The translations under genes and the position numbers were made by a program. From assembly GCA_951406725.2 (NCBI GenBank), contig OX597819.1, positions 118,792,001-118,856,000 of the forward strand: a DNA stretch of 64,000 bases, written 5' to 3'. Of this stretch, positions 25,865 to 39,590 are shown one piece after another. The notes beneath the pieces were generated by a model. It ran no database searches. It saw only the letters and a list, made by a program, of their open reading frames with translations, and had not been told where the DNA came from. Numbering within the stretch: the stretch's first letter is position 1; the number at the start of each line of letters is the position of its first letter. This stretch comes from Octopus vulgaris (taxonomy: Eukaryota).

Positions 25865-27071
25865 TTTACTCATTATCTTTTATTAAACTTTTAGTATTTA
25901 AAATAATATAAATTAATTAATTTTATGTATTGGCTTAAGTTTTTCATTGTTTGATTTGCCTAATATTGGTTTTATCTCTAATTTAATATAATATATATAT
26001 ATAGACAGAGGCAGATAGAGAAAGAGAGAAATATATATATAGAGAGAGGAAAATGCATTACTTTTATGAATAGATACACAAGAACAGTAGAATGGTTTGA
26101 GTGAATATTGACTGGTATTAACACCACTTCCATAATCCATAGAGTAACTTCTGCACATGCTAATATATGTATACGTACATACATATATCGGATAATAAAA
26201 TCTATTTTCAGGGTGATTGTTTAATAACTGTAGCTAGACGAGCTACAGCGTAGTAGAATATTTTTATGTGGCCTACACTTACAAATGCACACATATTTAT
26301 ATGTACACACACACGAACAAGCACACAAATACACACACACATATATATCTATATGCATATAAATACACACTCCACACACATGCATATGTATATTTGCGTG
26401 CATGTGTGTGAAGGGCGTTGTGTGTGAAGGAAGTTAATGTTATCGACGATGCGTTGGTTATGGCTATGCCGATGATGGCGATGAACAGAATTAACGATAT
26501 CCGTGAATGTCGGACAAAGAATAAAAGTTAATTCAAATATTAAACTCATAACTCATCAATGGGATGTGTTGAAGTGGATAATATCACCCAACGCTGAATT
26601 TAAACATAGTAAATGTTCAATGGTTGTAATATTCCTTTGGACAAGAGCGCGAATATAAAGAGCGAACGCAAGTAAATACTAATACTTCTAGTGCCATACT
26701 GCAAAGAAGCATATAGAAATATTCCAAGTGTCTGAATTCTTTTATCTTTCTTTCGTAGTCCATAATAATACATTGAGGAACATTTCCGCCATACGGCTTT
26801 TCTGGTATTTAAATATCGTAAATTTCAGTTTCTGCTTGAGGGGCTATAGATCCTAATCAATGATTCTTTGTATTATTTGGTCGCCATCCACAAAAGTCTA
26901 ATTCCGATGAATATTCCATATATCTTGTATCATTTACCAACGTTAAGCAGCATTTCTATACCATTTGTAAGATGTTTCCACGATAATGGAACAGAAAATT
27001 CATAATGTGCTACAGAAATAATTCTTACTTAAATCCTTCTCTTGAATGGGCAATGTCATTTATGTGTAAAT

Positions 27072-27113
<42 letters not shown>

Positions 27114-27420
27114 GTTCAAAGTCTGTTTTCCATACTGGCATGGGGAGGACTACTTACGAGAATCTGGAGAACTGGAGAGATGCTCGGCTCAAATTTGTCT
27201 GTATTAACAACGTTGCAGCGGGTGGATTCCGTTTCTAAAATCAACTACTTTACAGTGTATACCGGTTGATTCTAAAGTGGTACCGGCAAGGACGCTTTAC
27301 CATATAACAGGTAAGGGCGCTATAACCATGAACAGGCTCAAGCGCTTTTAACTGGGAAGGACATGGTTGCTTTTACGTTGCACCAGTAACCTCAGGCTCG
27401 CAAGGTTTTAGTATCTCTCG
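27072..27420 (-). mobile_element. Retroposon 3' end with (GAT)n tail
   Basis: (CAT)n followed by cgttcaaagtctgttttccatactggcatggg; family assignment uncertain. Confidence 0.45.
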
Positions 27421-28190
27421 GTTAAGTGAGAGATATAGATGACATGCGTGTGCGCATGGCTGGGCAATATTTTACTTACTTGACGTACCTTGTGAGAGAC
27501 ATGTGCGTGTGTGTGCGTGTGTGTGCTTGTGTGTATGCGTGTATTTGTGTGTGTATGTGTGTGTATGTGCGTGTTTGTGTGCATGCGTATGTGTGTGTTT
27601 GTGCGTGTTTGTATGTGCATTTATGCGTGTATGTGTGTGTTTGTGTTCTTGTGTGTATGTGTATGTGTGTATTTGTTTTGTGTAAAATTATGAACGATTG
27701 TACATATGTCAATTAGTGCGTTCATGCATTGAGTCAAGCACTGACGCAGTCTCAGCTACATGGTGTCAATCCGCAGTTGGAGTTAATTTCCTTTACTTCG
27801 CTTTCAGGAATTCCGCAGTGTTGAGATAATATCTGTTTAAGTAAACAGAAAATAGATTTTGTATAAGTCTTTATTTTGTACGACGATCATTTCAACCCAT
27901 CCTGCTACTGCCCTTTCTGGGTTTGCTGCTATATATCATATCATGTTGCATCAATCTTACAGTGAGGGTCACATTTGGTACGTTCATTCATAAAGTCGTG
28001 TCTCGCTAAAGTTTTTTATCATGTGTAGTCATGTAGTTATTTCGCCGCTTCATTTACGGAATGAGGTATTGCTACGGTTTTACAATACCTCATAAAAGTT
28101 ACATGTATGTGTGCGTACATGTAATCTTTAATCAAATACGGTGACCTTATATAGTCAGAATTGTAATAGCGCAGGTGAAAACCTTTTGCC

Positions 28191-28355
28191 AGCGGCGAGC
28201 TGGCAGAAACATTAGCATGCCGGGCGAAATGCCTCGCGGCATTTCGTCTACCGTTACGTTCTGAGTTCAAATTCCGCCGAGATCGACTTTGCCTTTCATC
28301 GTTTGGGATCGACAAATTAAATACCAGTTACGCAATGTGGGCAATAAAGAAATAA
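28191..28355 (+). mobile_element. SINE family B, internally deleted
   Basis: gcggcgagctggcagaaac...gagttcaaattcc...aataaagaaata. Confidence 0.85.
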
Positions 28356-29114
28356 GAGTGTAATGTTATTCTTTAGAAACTGAATATAATTACTAGAGTT
28401 CGTAGTCGGCAATAAACCTATATTCGTCCTCAAATGTAAACCTATTATTAACTCCTATTGTTAAAAATCGTGCCTCCATGTGTAACTCCGATCCTAAGTT
28501 TCCAATTGTTATTTATACGGGAGTATATATTTTGAGTAGCTTCCTTTGTTCTGTAACACGCTTTCGGATTAACTTTATTTTAAAACCGTCATTTCAAACA
28601 AAATCTTATGCAAATACTTTTGATTCAACTTCAAAATAGATACAGAAAATATTTTTTCATTCTCACAATGTAAATGTTAACATGTTAAACAAACATAATG
28701 TTTTTATATACTACAGCACAATATATTTGTCAACTGTAATGCCTCCAGCTGTCTCCTCAGATATGTAGATGGCAATCCTCTGCTATCTTCTTGTGGAGAG
28801 ACAATAAATATGTATAAGGTGTTATTTGATTTGGACAATTTATTAAATTTGTAATAGTGCATTCGCCTGGCGTCAAATTATTTCACTATTCTTACAGACA
28901 CAAGCACACACTCTTTCCCCGTGTGTGTGCGTTCGTGTTTGTTTGTGGTTGTGTGTGTATGCATGTGTGTGCCTACGTGATCGTGAGTGTGCGTAAGATG
29001 TTTTGCATAGATATGTCACTTAACTCATCAACAATATATACAAATGCTTGCAGCTTATGTGCTGTACTAAACAGGATGCGACAGAAATCTGGTAGATCAT
29101 AAATGTTTGAACAG

Positions 29115-29212
29115 CGAACGCAAGATGCACGCCTGTCTTAATGGTAAGATGTACACCAGTCGTAATGGCAATATATACCCCTGACATAAGATGTACCCCT
29201 GATAATGGCAAC
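29115..29212. repeat. Degenerate ~24-bp minisatellite
   Basis: Repeated aagatgtacaccagtcgtaatggc-like units. Confidence 0.6.
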
Positions 29213-29382
29213 TTTAAAACAGCGATAACATATTGGTTACAGGAAAAGTACATATTTGCCTAAATTTTATAGAGACACAAGAATGGCCATTTAAAATATG
29301 GGGAGGTTTTTTGTGCAACAAAATATTTAATTTCTAGCAGATGTGGCAGATGTTGTATCGATAGAAACAATAACGAACAATA

Positions 29383-29616
29383 AAGGCGGCGAGCTGGCAG
29401 AAATTATAGCACACCGGGTGAAAAGCTTAGCGGTAATTCGTCTGCCGCTACGTTCTAAGTTCAAATTCTGCTGAGGTCGACTTTGCCTTTCAGACTTTCG
29501 GGGTCGATTAAATAAGTACCACTTACGCACCGGGGTCGAATTAATCGACTTAATCTCTTTGTCTGTCCTTGTTTGTCCCCTCTGTTTTTAGCCTCTTGTG
29601 GATAGTAAAGAAATAA
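29383..29616 (+). mobile_element. SINE family B, full length
   Basis: aaggcggcgagctggcagaa head, ggggtcgattaaataagtacc core and agtaaagaaata end. Confidence 0.88.
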
Positions 29617-30797
29617 GGAACAATAACGCACTGAGAAGTGCGTTATTGTTCCTTATTTCTTTACTATCGTTACTATCTTTAGAGAAGTATATGCAAATGT
29701 TACCACAGTTCAAATAGAAAAAGGAGAGAGGCAAGTTAAAGAGAGATAATCCTATCACTAGCATCAGACAAAATGACAAAACACATTTAACTATAAAGAT
29801 AGTATCTTCTCAATAAAATAAAACGTTTATTAGTATTAAATACAAACTCAGCAACGCTGAATGTTTGGTTTAACACTACCTGTCAATGCCTTCCTTAGCA
29901 GTCCTCAACAATATGAGACTTTGAAAAATAACTCTATTTATATCTGCTTACACGCAGCTAACTCGACCACCAATTTATTGACAAATCTTTTGTAAATCAG
30001 AAATATTGAAATACGAATTTAAAATGGAATCCATTGTTCATTTTTTGCTTTAGTTTTGCCTCACTTTACATTGAGTTACTACTATACATGTTTTGTAGTG
30101 ACATTCTTACACACTATAATTCTATTTCAGACTGCTGCACATTCTCTTCTCAATAATAAACTCAGACAGTTGTATTCAATGCATTGCAAATGTTCAAGAA
30201 GTAAACATAAACAATATAAGTTTATTCCCATCCAATTTAGATTTTATTAAATGATTTGAGGGTGCAGTTATTATTTATTCTCCAGTCTTTGTTCGAAATT
30301 TGCGTGTTTAACAGGCCATTTTATTTTAATTAAATTTTAGCTCTTTTGAATGCTGAGCCAAAAAGCAAACAAACACTGAAAATAAAATAACGAATATTTA
30401 TTATACACCATGAATAAAATTACAATATGTTTTACCTATTTCAATAAATATTTTCGTTTGAAATTCTCACTACATATCGTATATACTATCTAGAATTATT
30501 GCAATGAATAACGTTGATCGATATCGTATAATCTGAAATAAAACAAACACATTCTCCCTATTTATATTCTCGTTTAGGTTTCAAGTTAAATTATTATACA
30601 TTTTCCAACCATGTGCCCTTTGTTCTTTTCTGTGTGTATATATGAGTATATAATCATATCTATTTCAAAATCTACCTGGGCGCACAACACATGTAGATAC
30701 ATATGTAATTGTGCGTGCTTAAGTGCCAGTGTATGTGTACACATACACACACTCACTCACACTCAAACATACATGCATACATACATACATACATACA

Positions 30798-30829
<32 letters not shown>

Positions 30830-32549
30830 GATAGATAGATTTATTCGAACGTGCATACACATATACATACACATAAATACATACATACATACATACATAC
30901 ATACATACGTACATAGGTCTCTGTATTTCTGTGGGAATTATTATATTAACATGTACACACACACAGACACGCGCATATATTATGTAGCTTATAACAACCA
31001 TGAAAACGATTATTCTTTATAATCAAAATGATATCAGTATTATAAGACAATATGATAGTCCGGCTGAAAAACCAGTCAGAAGCTAGCTGTGCTGAGCATA
31101 TGAGATCTCGTAACACACATGATAACCCATTCTGCAAACAGTAGCAAAATATATCTCATGCTATCAACAAGTAACATGAATAATTATTGTTTGATGGTAT
31201 CATTTAGTTACAAGCAGCAAAACAAGAACAGGGAGATGTTCATCATAATATATCGGTTACAATATTCTGTGCTTCAAAAATTCCTCAGAAACTAAGATAA
31301 TACGAACCTCATCCTTATCCCTCATATACGCTTTATACATCTCACAGTACTTCCATTCTCTGAAAATTACTCCGGCGTGATCTATTTGTATACATTTTCC
31401 TGTTATGGATTGCCTTTCAAAATATCCAGAGTAAACATTAAAATTCATTTCTCCAATTTACTTCCGTTGTGCGCTAAATAAATTGAGTAATAATCCCTGT
31501 TTATTGAACGTCCAAAAATGTAAGGTAATATAAAGAGAACCTCAATATGGGTGTCATGAAAATATTGTTTAGTCATGAATCAAATAAAGAAAGCAAGTCC
31601 AGGAAGGGCGATCTGATTTCCATTCTTGCATTGTTTAATCATGAAATTAGCACCTAAGCTAATACGATGTCCATCTTAATCAATCATATACGTTCTATAC
31701 CTTCCATATATGTTCTTTTCTCTGAACATTACTTTGGGTTAATCTATTGGTGTACATTTACCTGTCACATATCGCCTTTCGGAATATCCAGTGCAAACTG
31801 CAAGTTTGATTACTCACATTTTTGCACTGTTTGTTAATGTTACTTCATCTTCTGATTTTAGAATGGTAGGCTATAATTAGAAGCCACCGTTCACTACATG
31901 AATTCCTGCCTATATAGATGCTTCTTCAGTTCCATAGACTCTGAAATTTCATTGTCACGTTCTGTTCATCTCGTAATCGGTTACTGAAAAGCAGGTTAAA
32001 CATTTTTTAAAGTTTCGGTAGTCACGACCAAACCTTTCTTTATTTTATCTGATACGCTATATTTCTTAGATGGCAAGACAGGATCGCAATTGTATGCTTG
32101 TGTGTGCGCGTGGTGTCTGCATGTATGTAAGCTTCCATGAATACATGTATAGATGGGTGTATGCGTGTGTGCATTATATATGTACAAGACTCTCTGAATG
32201 AAATTTTGCTACAAGTATTGTTTCAGATATTTCATGATGGCATACTTTACGAATTATACACGACGGGAAAATTACTTTGAACATCTTTTTATCTATACAT
32301 CAACTTTTTCAGTTACTTCATTAGCAATACAGGTCGTCCAGTATTTTTTTTCAAACTACGTATTCGAAAATATGTCTTCTGATTTCGAGTTTAATTTGAG
32401 TGAGATCTGGCTGCTTATTTTTGTACATAAGCGAATCTGCAGGGACTAAGCGGTTGCTCTTAAACACAAGGTCCAAAAAAAGTTATGTATTGATTAGAAA
32501 TATTAGATGTGGCTTAATTTATGAGATAACATTGCAGAGTAAATTTGAC

Positions 32550-32930
32550 ATAGGCGTAGTTGTGTGGTAAGAGGTCTTCTTTCCAACCACATGGTTCCGG
32601 GTTTAGCCCTACGGCGTGGCGCTTTGGGCAAGTGTTTTCTTCTATAGCCTCAAGCCGACCAAAGCCTTGTGAGTGGATTTGGTAGGCGAAAACTGAAAGA
32701 AGCCCGTCATATGTGAATGTTTTTGTGCATGTGTGTATATCAGTATTTGTGTGTGTGCCTTTGTGTCTGTGTCCACCACCACCACCACCATTTGACAACC
32801 AATTTTGGTGTGTGTAGAGCGATAGAAAAATCACTAGGCTTCAAATACTAGGTCGATCTGTTTGACTAAAACCCTTCAAGGCGGCGCCCCAGCATGACCA
32901 CAGTCAAACGATTGAAACAAGCGAAAAGGT
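32550..32930 (+). mobile_element. SINE family A, full length
   Basis: taggcgtagttgtgtggtaag...aaggcggcgccccagcatgaccacagtc...gaaacaag. Confidence 0.85.
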
Positions 32931-33904
32931 TAAAATGTATTAGAAATTTAATTCCGTATCTGAGTGATCAATCGATGATATTTCATATACTACGTGCATC
33001 GCAGATGAATATGACACGCTCTATTTGATAAAGCAGGATAGTATCAAATGAGTTAACAAATATATCTCGTATGTGTGGAGGGAGCTTTAGAATTCACTTT
33101 TGGATGCGTAAATGCGTTCCCTAATCGATACGTGTAAAACGCCGATTGGCTAGGCTAGGTCTTTGGATTTGCATGATGTATTAATATATATATATAAAGA
33201 TTTCCTTTTCGTGTCCATATTCTGGAAATGTAAATATATTTCACAAAGGTGCATAAGCGTTTGAAGATGAGGATCATCGAGAAGAATAGACGGTATATGG
33301 CCACAGCCTAAGGGCTGAAACGAATAAAGAATAAAGGAATATGTGTGTGTACCTGTGTTTGTATGTGTGTGTATGCGTGCGTGTGTGTTTGTAAGTACAT
33401 ATATATTTATATCGTCAAGCGTTGCAAACTCTACATAGACGAACGGGCGAGAATATTAAATAATCCCATGATTCGGGGAACATCTTGAATTCTAAACCCT
33501 GCTTACAATTCAGGAGATTCCTATTGCTGTCCTGGGATCCAAAATCGAATGCCGATAGCGGTTTAAGGGAGACAATAACTTACGCTTTTGGCTTCTCTTT
33601 TGTCCGTGTGCTCAAGAACCATTCGCGAGATCTTTTCCTCTTCCAATTTGATGACTGGCTATGAGCCACCGGGCATTAAATTGTGAAGTAACCCTGTGGC
33701 GAAGTTCTCAGCCCTATCGATACGCGCATGAAACTGGATAGTAGCATTATGGTGGATAGCTGATGAAGAACTAGTGTCCTTCTGTATCTGTCTTACGTGC
33801 ACGTTTTGTCGTTTTTTACTATTTAAGGAATTTTTTATTTAGTAACTAAACTCCAGGCAACCCCACATATATATATATATATATGTAAGTATGTGTATAT
33901 ATAT

Positions 33905-34081
33905 ATATTTCTCTATTTTTTTCTCTCCTTGTTCCTCTCCTTGTTTTTCCTGTGTCCCTTTCTGTAGGAGAGCGTACGCTCGAAACGTAATAGTCTTTTT
34001 CAATTCCCGGGCGTTACTAATACATCTGTTTGTTTTGTACACCACCTGTCTTCGTCTTTTGTTTTTTTCGTAAACCCTCCC
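33905..34081 (+). mobile_element. Mini-HHR element, copy 3 (HHR-like motif 33958-33993)
   Basis: cttt-CTGTAGG-agagc-gtac-gctc-GAAA-cg-TA-atag; ends aaaccctccc-(TA)n. Confidence 0.7.
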
Positions 34082-34661
34082 TATATATATATATATATAC
34101 ATACATACATAGGTTGACTGTAAGACGTTAGGGTTGTAGTGTATAGCTTACGATGTACTGAAGGACAGTGCAGTAACATGACCACTACCTACATAATAGA
34201 GACTGCACGCAGCATAGGATAGTGTGCAGTGATCATTGGTGAGAGCACCAAGAAGGGAAAAATTCCCTGAGTGGTCTACCAACAATCTCAGGCAGAACAA
34301 GGAGGCTCGATTAATAGCATAGATGTCAAAGTACCACCGACGAATAGAACTGACATGACACTTAGATAGATTACAGAAGTTACACTCATAACAGTAGACA
34401 GACCGGGTCTCAATAGAAAACAAGAATGGAACAGTAACACTTACCACCAGCCCGCACCAGATGACTAAAGACAGTAGGGATGTGAAAAGAAAAGGGACGG
34501 GAAAGGAAATGAAGAAGGAAATAAAAACAATGTAAATGATACACAGATACATAAGAGGAATAGCCACACAATAGTCATCTATGCACTTACTTGTGATACT
34601 TTTGAGAAATAGAGATAAATGTAGAAAAAATTAAATAAAGAATAAGTAAATAAATAAATAT

Positions 34662-34850
34662 ATAGGCGCAGGAGTGGCTGTGTTGTTAGTAGCTTGCTTA
34701 CCAACCACATAGTACCGGGATCAGTCCGAATGCATGGTAATTTGGGCCCGAGCCGACCAAAGCCTTGTGAGTGCATTTGGTAGAGTGAAACTGGCAAGAA
34801 GCCCATCGTATATATGCCTGGAACAAATAAAAGAGTAAAATACTAAAAGA
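34662..34850 (+). mobile_element. SINE family A, internally deleted
   Basis: Head joined almost directly to the aacaaataaaagagtaaaa tail. Confidence 0.75.
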
Positions 34851-35247
34851 GTATACGTAGATAAATAAACGGATATATGAATGTGACTGCCACATATTTG
34901 TGATAAATGTAAGAGAGAGAGAGAGAGAGAGAGAGATAAAATAAATAAATATAATTATATAAGGGCATGGATACATACGAAGCAAACCATACACAAACAT
35001 ACATGAAACCTCAGGGCCGGCCATATGATATCAACAATACAACTAGCACGGTCAGCTACAAAGACCGTGCCGAAGAGGGCAATAGCAACAACGAAAACGA
35101 CAACAACTACCACGATAGCCATCATGAAACGCATCAATATCTGTTTCGACACACGATTTCATATCACGAATCTTGCAAAATTAACTGAGAAGCGTATATA
35201 TGTGTGTGTTTTATGTGTGTGTATATTTATGTATGTATGTATGTATG

Positions 35248-35316
<69 letters not shown>

Positions 35317-35447
35317 ATATATATTCATAGTTATCGCCATACTAATATGGCAGTCTATAAATATAAGACTAAAGCTGTCGATAACTATCAATATCCAGTA
35401 ACGCTGCCGTAATCTTCTTTAGAGAGACTTAGTAATTTTAATATTTC

Positions 35448-35487
<40 letters not shown>

Positions 35488-35638
35488 AATATAAGAGAGT
35501 GGTCACTATATTGCTCACTCTAGCACCAGTTAATCCAAAAGGTTTCAACCACGAAAATACATGCTTACCATGAAAGTCAGTACGATTGTTAGCTCACACG
35601 GACAGGGCAAATAAAAAATAACAAAAATACAGATTATT

Positions 35639-35717
35639 TTGGGACAATTGTTTCGCTATTAATGAATTAAATGTAATTTTACTTACAAAAAAAATCCATT
35701 TGTAGCTCGTCAGCCAA
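35639..35717 (-). ncRNA. Type-I hammerhead ribozyme (minus arm)
   Basis: Reverse complement of 36386-36463. Confidence 0.85.
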
Positions 35718-36385
35718 GACTATCTGGATGAAATCCACTCAATCACACGCCAGATTTTACCATAACGATAAATACGCGTGTGGTTCAATTGATTACATCC
35801 GACGTTATAATTCAAATGCCCCAACCAACAGCGCGCCAAACTTTCACGGAAAACAAATACAGCATTTAGAAATAAATGCAGCATAATTATAATTAATTAA
35901 TAAGGGTGAGAGAATTAGATACTAATTTAATAGTATATTTATTCAACACCAAGTGGCCTAGTGCTTCGAGAAACCTGGATTATTATAATATTTTATAACA
36001 TATTATAATATTTTTACAAAATAAATATAAGAGAGTGGTCACTATATTGCTCACTCTAGCACCAGTTAATCCAAAAGGTTTCAATTTTGTAAAAATATTA
36101 TATGTTATAAAATATTATAATAATCCAGGTTTCTCGAAGCACTAGGCCACTTGGTGTTGAATAAATATACTATTAAATTAGTATCTAATTCTCTCACCCT
36201 TATTAATTAATTATAATTATGCTGCATTTATTTCTAAATGCTGTATTTGTTTTCCGTGAAAGTTTGGCGCGCTGTTGGTTGGGGCATTTGAATTATAACG
36301 TCGGATGTAATCAATTGAACCACACGCGTATTTATCGTTATGGTAAAATCTGGCGTGTGATTGAGTGGATTTCATCCAGATAGTC

Positions 36386-36463
36386 TTGGCTGACGAGCTA
36401 CAAATGGATTTTTTTGTAAGTAAAATTACATTTAATTCATTAATAGCGAAACAATTGTCCCAA
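36386..36463 (+). ncRNA. Type-I hammerhead ribozyme, predicted cleavage after GUC at 36459
   Basis: ttgg-CTGACGA-gcta...tagc-GAAA-caattg-TC-ccaa: canonical core, stems I and II paired, palindromic stem III. Confidence 0.88.
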
Positions 36464-36741
36464 AATAATCTGTATTTTTGTTATTTTTTATTTGCCCTGT
36501 CCGTGTGAGCTAACAATCGTACTGACTTTCATGGTAAGCATGTATTTTCGTGGTTGAAACCTTTTGGATTAACTGGTGCTAGAGTGAGCAATATAGTGAC
36601 CACTCTCTTATATTTATTTTGTAAAAATATTATAATATGTTATAAAATATTATAATAATCCAGGTTTCTCGAAGCACTAGGCCACTTGGTGTTGAATAAA
36701 TATACTATTAAATTAGTATCTAATTCTCTCACCCTTATTAA

Positions 36742-36836
<95 letters not shown>

Positions 36837-37203
36837 GATATACACATATGTGCATATATGTATTTTATGTATGGGCATACGTGTGTATGAGTGTTTGTGT
36901 TAGTATGAGTGTATATTTGTAATTAAACTCGCCCTACTTAAACAATGAACAACAAGTTCTGAAATAATTTGAACTACGCTTTTAAGCGATAAACCAGTAC
37001 CAGAGTCACTTTTGTAAATCCACAACAACTTATGATCATGTAATTATTGAAATGGAAAAGTTACCCGAGGAGCCATTTCCATGCGCTTTTTCATATATCA
37101 AATAATTGTAGCAAGGAGTGTCTATTTCATATTCTACTATATTTTTATATACATACATACACACACACACACACACAAATATATATATATATATATATAT
37201 ATA

Positions 37204-37360
37204 GGGAGAGTTTACGAAAAAACAAAGGACGAAGACAGGTGGTGTACAAAACAAACATATGTATTAGTATAACGCTCAGGAATAGAAAAAAGTCTTTCAT
37301 GTTTCGAGCCTACGCTCTTCTACAGAAAGGTATACAGAAAAAACAAGGAGAGAGAAAAAA
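37204..37360 (-). mobile_element. Mini-HHR element, copy 4
   Basis: Minus strand reads cttt-CTGTAGA-agagcgtaggctc-GAAA-ca-TG-aaag (cleavage triplet decayed), with (TA)n flanks. Confidence 0.7.
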
Positions 37361-39444
37361 AAAAATATATATATATCAAACAATGTATTTCCTTTGTGTA
37401 CGCTTATTTATACATCTATTTTTGTATAATTCCTGTTGCCATAACTTTTCTCAAATTACAAAAATTTCTAGCATATTTTTCATTATTTTTCAAGACCAAA
37501 ATATCTAAGATATTGTGACGTGAAATAGTATTTTCAACATGGGAGACAGCGCGAATAACATTATTTAAAATAATAAAACATAACAGCTGAACACACACGA
37601 GAATATGATTTATTTCAATAAAGAGCATGGTGTTATAGAAAACCCAGTGTGTGAAGGTATGCAGCAAATTTAAAATAACCACTGTCACCTTTATTTATAA
37701 ACCAAATAGGCGTAATTCTCAAGACATATTTACGAGAAAGAATACTTTGTCAACGCATCTCATCCGTCTGGGGAAAATAAACTTAAAACTCAAAGATGAA
37801 AGAACTTTGAAACCCTGTATTATTTTATATAGTATGTTGTAAAAATGCATAAGTGTAGACTGGATTGAAATCCGATACTTTTGAAATTTCCCCACAGACA
37901 GACCTTCGAATGTATTTATCCTGTATATGTTACCTTTCTATAGGCAAACAATCTATACGGTTTAAAGTAATTTACGTTCAATCCGGTCAGTAATGAGATA
38001 TATTGAATTATAAATCGAAATAAAATTTCAGCTATTCAATAACAGCATTTCTATATTGAAGATTCTAACAAGCTGACATAGGAAATCTATGGTTATAGTT
38101 AAAACGCCAAAAGGTAAAATTTTCACCTTTGAAAAATTGCCTTATAGATGTATCGTGTTGAAAAATTCAATATGATTTATATCTAGATGAAAAGAAATCG
38201 ACCGAGAAGTGACCGAGAGGCTTTACGCAGTTCGCAGTTGTGCGTCTTCTCGATGCTATGTGTTCTGGTCAGTTCCGAAGTCAAATCGAATTAGCTAATC
38301 TGAGTTATATACGAATAGTTTATAAATTATGTGTTGGTATAAAATGGTGCCGTATAAACTAGAACGACGAAATGCGTTTGTGATCCATCTAACATTTCTG
38401 GAGAGATTTCGTTTCACCTGGCTCTGAAGAATAATGTGCATTTCATATAACGCCTCGAGGGAAGGGATTTTTTTCCAGTACAAACGTCGCAGCGTCTTGC
38501 CTTTCAACAACACACACGAATTAAATTTTTTGTTTGGAGAGAGGTATTAATATAAAGGTGGCCCGTGTGCATAGTTGGAAAATGATTTTGATTCTGTGGC
38601 TCGTTTACGCACAAGAGTATATGTTATAATCTATTCCTATATAATTTACACTGATTTGATTTCGTTTCGAAGGTCACATGGGCATCTGACTTTGCCACGC
38701 CGCTCACTCTCTCATTTCTTGAATGCTATCGATGAACCAAGCTCTGGTGTATATCGCTTACTTTTAACACAATGTGTCTATAAAAGGATTTTCCCGTACT
38801 TTCTGGCATCTCAACTAAACACATATGTTCAGTGTGTCATATTGATACGTAATCTGATATTGCAACGTATCTACGAACTTGTTGTCTGCCCAATAATCTA
38901 CAAATGACCTCACATGTTACGTTACACTCGGATCGGTTACAAATGCGATGGAAGAAATATTATCATTCCTTGCTATGCAGAAAACAAAAGAATTGTCCTG
39001 GAAACAAAATTTACATAGACTTACCGGAAAAAATACAGAAAAAAAACTGAATTAAAATCTTAACAAACAGACGAATAATGATGGAAGGCGTGCCTGTAAT
39101 AATTGCTGTTCGTGCCTGTACAGTGTATCTGCAGCTTACAGCTATTGCTAACATTATAATTTAATTTTACTTCACAGTGAATATACCATTCAATATGACA
39201 CATCCTGCATAATTTGAAATTTATTTTATATTCATTACATAAACTAACTCTAGGGACGTTTATAGTGCAATGCACATCGGTCCTAGTATGTAGCCACTGA
39301 TATGCATTTAGCAGGTAGCATTTTGAAATTAAATCTTCAGTCATACATATGGTATTAACAAACACGTGTTCGTGAATAGATTGTTCACGATTAACTGACT
39401 CAATATAATGCTTTCAAATTTCGGAGCAAGGCGAATGATTGCTG

Positions 39445-39590
39445 GAGAGGGGTAAAATCGATTACCTCTTTGCTCGACTGATTTATTTTATCGAACCGGA
39501 AAAGATGGAATGCAAATTTGACCCCGTCGTAATTTGAATTCAGAACGTAAAAACGGACGAAATGCTGTTAAGAATTTTGTCCGGCATACT
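39445..39590 (-). mobile_element. SINE family B, degenerate
   Basis: atttatttta tcgaaccggaaaagatggaatgcaaatttgacc...tttgaattcagaacgtaa. Confidence 0.6.

Larger units (their letters stand above)
35482..36750. mobile_element. Fold-back, ORF-less HHR element made of ~535-nt tandem units, inserted in (TA)n
   Basis: Minus arm 35482-36084 has a direct repeat 35482/36018 (period 536). Plus arm 36085-36750 has a direct repeat 36085/36617 (period ~532). The arms are near-identical reverse complements, with (TA)n on both sides. Confidence 0.9.

Noticed and set aside
33410-33870. KRCKLYIDE-like GIY-YIG remnant and a CTGATGA at ~33760
   Set aside because: Too short and frameshifted, and no matching GAAA or stems for an HHR.
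38280-38910. Possible piggyBac-like remnant
   Set aside because: Only vague similarity by eye; no diagnostic motif or TTAA/TIR found.
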